In this document: positions 56,320-64,000 of the stretch, piece by piece
Position numbering within the stretch: the first letter of the stretch is position 1
Layout: each line of letters starts with the position of its first letter
Origin: Azolla caroliniana
Lineage: Eukaryota > Plantae > Polypodiophyta
DNA: 64,000 bases
Reading direction: 5' to 3'
NCBI GenBank assembly: GCA_043228905.1
Contig: JBHGNT010000010.1
Span: 13,144,001-13,208,000 of the forward strand
Notes under the pieces: model-generated
What the model was told of the DNA's origin: nothing
Databases searched by the model: none
Seen by the model: only the letters and a program-made list of their open reading frames with translations
Made by a program: the position numbers and the translations under genes

Positions 56320-59300
56320 TGAAGTTAAAATCGTTGCCGGCCACAACCGGTTTGCGTGTGCGGAATAATAGTCAATCTAATGGAGAGGAAAATCAGAATA
56401 CAGAAATTGAGAATGACACAAATTTTAACGTGGAAACCCAAACTGGGGAAAAACAATGTGGAGTCCACAAACTCCGAAATAGAACACTATGAGAGAAAGA
56501 AATACAATCAAAGATCTCAGAGGCAATGACCTTGAGATCCTATGGAGATCACACGCTTCCACTCACACTCGGTCACTCTCACCGTTACAGAGACCACAAC
56601 CTCAACAACAGTAACTTTACAATAATACACACACATCTAACATGATTGCCCTAAGTACTTATATACTAATGTAACCTTTCGACTATTTACAAGTTTAGCC
56701 TTCCGTGTTGGCTCATCAACACGGTTCTCCTCACTTCCCATCCGGAGGAACCTGTTTCCTAACAAACTCCCCCTTCAGTCTGGCATAGGATGTCTTACTA
56801 GTCCGATCTGTTTCCGACATGCATCAAGCTTGTCGGGTATCAGTACTTTAGTCAGCATATCTGACCCGTTCTCAGCCGTGTGGATCTTCATCAACGCGAA
56901 CTCTCGATCTTCTACTCGCTCCTGGATCCAGTGATACCTACGCTGGATGTGCTTCGTCTTGGAGTGGTACGCTGCGTTCTTGGCAAGGTGGATGGCACTT
57001 TGACTGTCGCAATAGAGCCGGTATTCATCTTGCCGGATACCGAGCTCTCCGATGAAGTCCTTCATCCATAATATTTCCTTGCCAGCTTCAACAACCGCCA
57101 TGTACTCCGCCTCCATGGTTGACAACGCAACCGTCTTTTGCAGCCTCGACTGCCACGAAATAGCTCCCTCTACATATGTCCTTACATACCCGGATGTAGA
57201 CCGGATGGTATCCACATCAGCCAACATATCCGAATCGGTAAAACCATCAAGTTGAGGTTTACCGGAGCCGAATCGGAGACACATATTCGAAGTGCCCTTC
57301 AAGTACTAGAGTATCCATTTGACCGCGTTCCAATGCTCCTTGCCGGGATTGCTCATAAACCGGCTCACCACTCCGACTGCTTATCCAATATCCGGTCGAG
57401 TACACACCATTGCGTACATTAAGCTCCCGATAGCAGAAACAGTGGAACCTTTATCATATCCGCCTTCTCTGTTTTCGTCTTCGGGCTTTGCTTACCAGAT
57501 AATCTGCAGTTTGCCGAGAGTATCAATCCGACCGGTTTCACTTCTAACATGTTGAACCGTTGAAGCACCTTTGTCACATATTTCTCCTGTGACAGCCACA
57601 ATTGCTTCTTTGACTGGTCCTGGATGATATGCATCCCCAGTATCTGTCATGTCGGGCCCAAGTCTTTCATTGCGAAAGTTCGGTTGAGAGCCTTCTTCAG
57701 CATCCGTATTTTGGCTTGGTCCCGTCCGACGATCAACATGTCATCCACGTACAGAAGGAGAATCAGGAAGTCGCCTCCTTCCAACTTCGTCACAAACACA
57801 CAGTGATCGGTTTGCGTTTTGTGATACCCTTGGTTGGTCATGAAGGAGTCGAACTTCTGGTACCATTGTCGGGGAGCCTGCTTCAGTCCGTATAGGCTCT
57901 TCTTCAACCGGCAAAGCAGGTGCTCCTTCCCTTTCTCCACGAATCCTTCCGGTTGCTGCATGTAGATCTCCTCTTCGAGGTCACCGTGAAGGAATGTCGT
58001 CTTCACGTCCAACTGCTCTACCTCGAGGTCCAACTTGCTGCTATACTCAGCACCGTCCAGATGGAAGTCATCTTTACTACCGGGGCAAATATCTCGTCGA
58101 AGTCCACGCCCTTCTTCTGCTGGAACCCCTTCACCACGATCTTGGCTTTGTATCTCGGGGGGTTGCCGGCATCTCCCGGTTTCCACTTGTACACCCACTT
58201 GTTCCGGAGTGCCCGCTTTCCTTTCGACAACTCCACCAATTTGTACGTATGGTTGTCATGCAGGGAATCCATCTCATCCTGCATGGTACTTAACCATTTG
58301 CAGCTGTGGGCGTCACTTTTAGCTTCCTCGAAGCTTTCTAGCTCCCCCTCATCGGTTAGTAACACGTGCTCTGGATCCAGAAATCTCCGGGGGGCCCTTC
58401 TCTCTCGGAGAGGATATCTGCGTCCTTGGGCTTCGGTAACCGGCTCCTCCATTTGCTCTTCATCTAAATCCGATTCAGGGTTTTGTCTGGTTTCGGTTTC
58501 ACCTATTCCTTCTTCTACTTCGGCCAAATTTGTCTCCTCACCGTCACCGGCCAGTTCATCGAGTGCTAACCGGCTTTTTGCTAGTTGGAACTACATTTCA
58601 TCAAATCGAAATTTTTCCTTACCGGTCGACTCGGAGTTCATTATCTTCTTCTCTGACTCCCAGTCGGCAAACTTCTTGTCCTCCATGAAGATAATATCTC
58701 GACTCCGGAATACTTTCTGGTCGACCGGGTCGCACACTCGGTAGCCGAACTCATCGTCGCCGTAACTGAGGAATATGCATGGCCGGGTTTTCGGATCTAA
58801 CTTTCCTCTCCGGTCCTTAGCTACATGCACGTACGCAAGACACCTGAATACCTTCAGATGCCGGTAGGATACTTCCTTACCGATACAGACTCTCTGCGGC
58901 GTGTCTCCGTCCAAGGGTACTGAGGGTGATCTGTTTATCACATATGTCGTCGTCGACAATGCCTTAGTCCAAAATGTCTTGGGTAATTTTGCATGCGCCA
59001 GCATAATCCGGACCCTCACCATTATGGTCCGGTTCATCCTCTCGGCCAACCCGTTTAGTTCCGGCATCTTCGGCACGGTAAATTCGAGCCGGATTCCCTT
59101 CGAGCGATAGTACTCCTCGAATTGCCCCCGGTATTCTCCTCCGTTATCTGCTCGAACCGCCTTCAGCTTCCGACCGATTTCTCTTTCCACTCTCGCGTGG
59201 AGCTCTTTGAAGACGGATAGCACCTGATCCTTCGTCTTCAACAGTGTGGCCCACAGCTTCCGGCTATGGTCATCTATGAATGTCACGAAGTACTGGGATC

Positions 59301-61360
59301 CGGCATGTGACTTCGTGTCCACTTGACACATATCAGTATGCACCAACTCCAGTGGTGCATTACGTCTCATCGGTGGCCTTGGTCAGAAGGAGGTCCGGTT
59401 CTGCTTACCGGCCACACAATCAGTGCACTTCTCTAAGTGCACGTTCTTCACTGGAATGAGGTTGTCGTCTGCAAGCCTCTTCATCCCCTTCTCGCTCATA
59501 TGACACAGCCTCTTGTGCCATAGCTCACCGGCAGTGTCGGATGCCAGGTTCACTTCTTCCGGACATAACCGGGCATTCATCAGGTACAGTGTGTTTACCT
59601 TCCGGGCCTGAGCCACAATCAAGCTCCCTTTGTTGAACTTCATGACACCGTTCTGGATGCTACCCATGTAGCCCTCATCATCTAGTCGACCGGCTGATAT
59701 CAGGTTTAGTCGAACCTCCAAAACATGTCGGACATCCCTCAGCAACAACTTGCATCCGGTTGGTGTCAACAGCCACACGTCTCCTATGTCGACAATTCGG
59801 CATGTACCTTCATTCCCCATCCGGACACAGTCGTGATCACCGGCAAAGTAGGATGACAGGCATTTCCGGTCCGGGGTATGGTGGAACGACGCTCCAGAAT
59901 CGACAACCCACGTTGTCTCGTCGCCGGCAAGGTTCAACTCACTCTCCTCGGGGATGAGCGTCAACTCTTCTTCTCTTGCCGCAATTTCCGTGGTTCCCTT
60001 CCAGTCCGGTCTCCTCCAGTCTTTACCGTTCCGGTCCGGTGTCCGCTTCGAATCGGTACTGTCGGTTTCCTTGTCTTTTCGGAAGTGCTGACAGTTCTTC
60101 TGGAAGTGTCCTGGCTTGCTGCAATAGAAGCAAGTAGGCCTCCCCCTTGACTTTGACCGTGTCCCTGACTTTTCCCGGTTCTGGGGACTATGGTTCCTTT
60201 GGCTTCCACGTTCCGATTCGGTAAGGAGCGCTTTGGAGTCGGAGCTCGTATCCCTATCTTTCCAACGCGCCTCCTCATCTAGCAAGCTCCACTTCACTCT
60301 TGCTAGGGATAACCGTTTCCCTTCTGGCCCGGCGTTGCCCAAAGTGACGACCAACGTCTCCCAGCTATCTAGAAGGGAACCGAGCAAGAGTAGTGCTAGT
60401 ACCTCATCGGCGAGAGGTACTTCTAATGATGTTGCCTGGTGTACCAGCCCCTGGAAGGCATTCATGTGCTCTGCCATGTTGGAGCCATCTTGGTACCGAA
60501 GTCTTACTAGCTTCTGAAATACCGAAACCTGATTAACATCATTTTTGTTCTGAAACATGATGTCAATCTTCTCCCAGAGCTCATGAGCCTTGCTCTCTTC
60601 ATTGAAGTTGTTGTATAGACTCATGTCGATGAAGCACCATATGTACGTCGTTGTCTTCATGTGCATCACCTCCCATATCGTGGCATCGATTTTGTCCGGT
60701 CTCTTGTCCCCGAACTGAACCGGCAACCAAAGATCTTTAACCACGAGCATGTCCCTCATCTTCGACTTCCACACTGAATAGTTGGAGCCGTTGAGCTTGA
60801 ACATGCCTCCCAACGAATCGTCCATTTTTCTGTGTCGTTTCGCTCTGAGACTAGTTAGAAGTTAAAATCGTTGCCGGCCACAACCAGTTTGCGTGTGCGG
60901 AATAATAGTCAATCTAATGGAGAGGAAAATCAGAATACAGAAATTGAGAATGACACAAATTTTAACGTGGAAACCCGAACTGGGGAAAAACCACATGGAG
61001 TCCACAAACTCCGAAATAGAACACTATGAGAGAAAGAAATACAATCAGAGATCTCAAGAGGCAACGACCTCGAGATCCTGCTTCGCCAACAAGCGGCTAT
61101 GGAGCTCACATGCTTCCACTCACACTCAGTCACTCTCATGGTTACAGAGACCACAACCTTGACAACAGTAACTTTACAATAATACACACACATCTAACAT
61201 GATTGCCCTAAGTACTTATATACTAATGTAACCTTTCGACTATTTACAAGTTTAGCCTTCCGTGTTGGCTATCTCCACGATTTTCGGTTTTGGCCTCGGC
61301 CGAGTTGCTCATCAACACGGTTCTTCTCACTTCCCATCCAGAGGGACCTGTTTCCTAACA
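56320..61360 (-). mobile_element. Full-length degenerate Tork-like copia element N
   Basis: LTRs 56320-56764 and about 60857-61360 (two microhomology-bounded deletions in the 3' LTR); TSD GTTCC; PPT 56765-56774; degenerate PBS 60842-60853. Confidence 0.94.
56775..60825 (-). pseudogene. gag-pol of element N
   Basis: ORF pieces 59383-60825, 58591-59370, 58018-58527, 57647-58198, 57419-57634 and 56775-57302 cover all copia domains. Confidence 0.93.
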
Positions 61361-62301
61361 GTTCCATGCAAGAGTAGAAAGAGAAACCGCCCAGAAGCTA
61401 AAGGTGGTTCGAGCGGACAACGGAGGCGAATACTGGGGGCAGTTTGAGGAGAACTGCCGGTCATAGGGAATTCAGCTCGAATTTAACGTGTCGAAGACGC
61501 TGGACCTGAACGGATTGGTTTAAAGGATGAACCACACCGTAATGGAGAGAGTCCGGAGCATGCTTGCACATGCTAAGTTACCCAAGACGTTTTGGGCTAA
61601 GGTGCTAATGACAACGACGTACGTGGTAAATAGATCACCCTCAACATCGTTGGAAGGAGATACTCCACAGAGAGTATGGACCGGTAAAGATGTGTCTTAT
61701 CGGCATCTGAAGGTGTTCGGTTGTCATTCCTATGTGCATGTAGCAAAGGAGAAGAGAGCGAAATTGGACCCGAAATCTTGGCCATGTATATTCCTTGGAT
61801 ATGACGATGATGAGTTTGGCTATCGAGTGTGGGACTTGGTCGACAAGAAGGTTTTCCGGAGTCGAGCCATAGTCTTCATGGAAGACAAGACCATTGCCGA
61901 CTAGGAATCGGAAAAGAAGACAACGGACTCCGGGATGACCGATAGAGATCATTCGAAAGATACAAGGACCCATCTGAATGGAAACCAGATGACACTCAAT
62001 GAACCGGCCGGAGTCGGACAAGAAACCGAACCGACCGAAGATGAAGAATCTAACACTGGAACCAGACAAGACCCCTAATCGGACTCGGATGAAGAATAGA
62101 CGGTGGAACCTGTGGTCGAAAACTAAGGTCGGAGATACCCTCTGAGGGAAAAAAGAGCCCCCCGAAGATTCCTGGAAGAAGAGCGTATTTTACTGACCGA
62201 CGGGGGGAGCCGGAAAGCTTTGAAGAACCAATGAGGGACACCCACAGTCGTAAGTGGTTGAGTGCCATGCAGGATGAAATAGATTTCCTGCATGAGAATC
62301 A

Positions 62302-64000
62302 TCCGGCATTTCCGGCCCAATTGGCATCCGTGTAGCTGACTAACTATCTGGCTACACCAGCCCGATATAGCAACACCTTGTCCTTAGTGCCGCCCACATA
62401 TCACAAGATTTGATGCGCACACTGATGGTACTCAGTCTTTGGTTACGACATAAACTGACTTATTAGTCCGACCAGGTAGTTGAGATCCGGCACGGTGATG
62501 GTCAAGTATATTAAGCTTCTGACTATCTGTCGGAACCGTGTCGAGGTCACAATTTGTTCCCAATCCTTGGCGAAGATTTACATTTCTATCCAGTGGAGTT
62601 GTGATGGATTTACAATTTGTCATTCCGAACTTGAAGAGCATACTCAACACATAATGTCATTGGTTGATCAGTATGCCTTCCAGGGTGTGGATCACTTCGA
62701 TCCCGAGAAAGTAATGAAGGTACTCGAGATCCTTCATCTTGAATGATGCTGCAAGTTGGGACTTCACGCGTCCGATTTCATCTAGGTTAGCGCCGACGAT
62801 GACTAAATCATCAATGTAAAGAAAAATGCTTACCGGCCCCTTCCAACCCTTCCGGATGAAAAGTGAAGAGTCTGATTTCGACGTAACAAACCCAATCTAA
62901 TGCAATCATTGCGTGATCTTCGCGTTCCAAGCACATGGGGCTTGCTTGAGTCCTTACAGGGACTTCTTCAGTCGGCAAACGGCCAACATGTTCAATCCGG
63001 ACTTAAAGTCGGGAGGTTGCACCATGTATACTTGTTCCTCAAGCTCTCCTTGTAGGAACACGTTCTTTACGTGCATTTGATGCAAGTGTCATCCCTTTGT
63101 CACCGCTACCTCAAGTAGCACCCGCACGGTTGTCATTTTGGCAACTGGGGTGAACGTTTTGTCGTAGTTGATACCGTGCTACTCTGTGTAGCCTTTGGCC
63201 ACCAGTCGGACTTGGTACCAGTTGACAGAGACGTCGGCATTGTACTTGACTTTGTACACCCACCTACACCCAATCAGCTTCACACCCTTTGGGGCATCAA
63301 CCAGGTTCCATGTCTCATTTTACATAAGTGCGTGCATTTCTTCCTCAATAGCGGCACACTAATTTGCATCCTTCCCCACTTCTGTGTAACTCTCCAGCTC
63401 ACAAACCTTTGCCACCTTCGCCATATACGCATAATGATTCGCCATATAGTCATTGTACCCATATCAGATTATAGGGTTCTTCTGGCAGGTTGATCGACAC
63501 AACTTCTGCGTCGCCGATTTCATGGTCCTCTTGGCCGACTCCAACCTCATTTCCGAAGGTCCAGCTTTCCTCCTAGCTGCTTCAGATTCACTCTGATTTG
63601 ATGCAATGACCTCTATGCCATACTCCGACATCTTCATCTTCCCCTTCTCTTTGCACGTAAACCATCTCCTTGGTTTCTAGCACAGGGACTACACAACCAA
63701 GTCTTCACTACTCGTCGGCTCATCATCTGACTACTCGTTCCGACTCAATCTCTCATTTGGCCCACTCAGCCGAAATGAGATCGAACTCTCCTCTTCAGTT
63801 CTGATGTCCCCCTTGTTCAGAGAGTTGACCTCACTAGCCTCAACTCCAACAATCGGCTCGGAGTCTTCGGGGGTCAGAAACGAAAAGGAGTACCAAGACG
63901 ACAATTCATCAAAGATGACATCAGGGCTCACCCACGCTTACTTTGTCAAGGGGTTATAGCACTTGTACCCCTTCTGCTCGTGCGAGTAGCCAACCAAGAT
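62302..64000 (-). pseudogene. Copia family-2 pol fragment (element P: integrase C-terminus, RT, start of RNase H); runs off the right edge
   Basis: LVGYSHEQKGYKCYNP; WVYKVKY; YIDDLVI; YFLGIEVIHTLEG; GYTDANWAGNAG. Confidence 0.88.

Larger units (their letters stand above)
54690..62301 (+). mobile_element. Degenerate Tork-like copia element O (LTR remnant 54690-54755, PBS 54759-54770, gag from 54802, protease, integrase, start of RT); host of N
   Basis: TGGTATCAGAGC; MEESFGGMFKLTGSNY; CFYCGKPAH; integrase resumes at 61361 after TSD GTTCC. Confidence 0.9.

Overview
Gene-free, heavily nested transposon cluster from a plant nuclear genome. The host is most likely a non-seed land plant such as a fern or lycophyte. 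That is inferred from a Tcn1-like self-priming chromovirus, a basidiomycete-like gypsy RT, and pervasive C>T/G>A methylation-type decay. Contents: one hAT DNA transposon pseudogene; six Tnt1/Tork-like Ty1/copia copies (one fully intact at 28897-34229 with apparently identical LTRs, one near-intact at 47960-53260); six fragments of a second, older copia family; a non-chromovirus Ty3/gypsy element with a large extra ORF (10094-20515); a complete chromovirus (20939-26559); a tRNA-Trp-primed non-autonomous LTR element; a fungal-like gypsy RT fragment; and three solo LTRs. Most nesting boundaries resolve to the base through TG..CA termini and target-site duplications (TSDs). The most unusual signal is in the gypsy element at 10094-20515. 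Where a polypurine tract (PPT) should precede its 3' LTR, it instead has a copy of a tRNA-Arg 3' end, i.e. an inverted primer-binding site (PBS). This hints at tRNA-primed plus-strand synthesis or a retrotransposon whose replicating RNA is antisense to gag-pol. Also notable: Tf1-type self-priming plus a -1 frameshift signal in the chromovirus, tRNA-like Pol III cassettes inside two unrelated LTR families, LTR elements with 4-bp TSDs, a templated duplication that replaced a PBS, and disabling mutations shared by two Tork copies. Element letters (A-Q) are my own labels. All alignments were done by eye and lineage assignments come from motif recall, not database searches.
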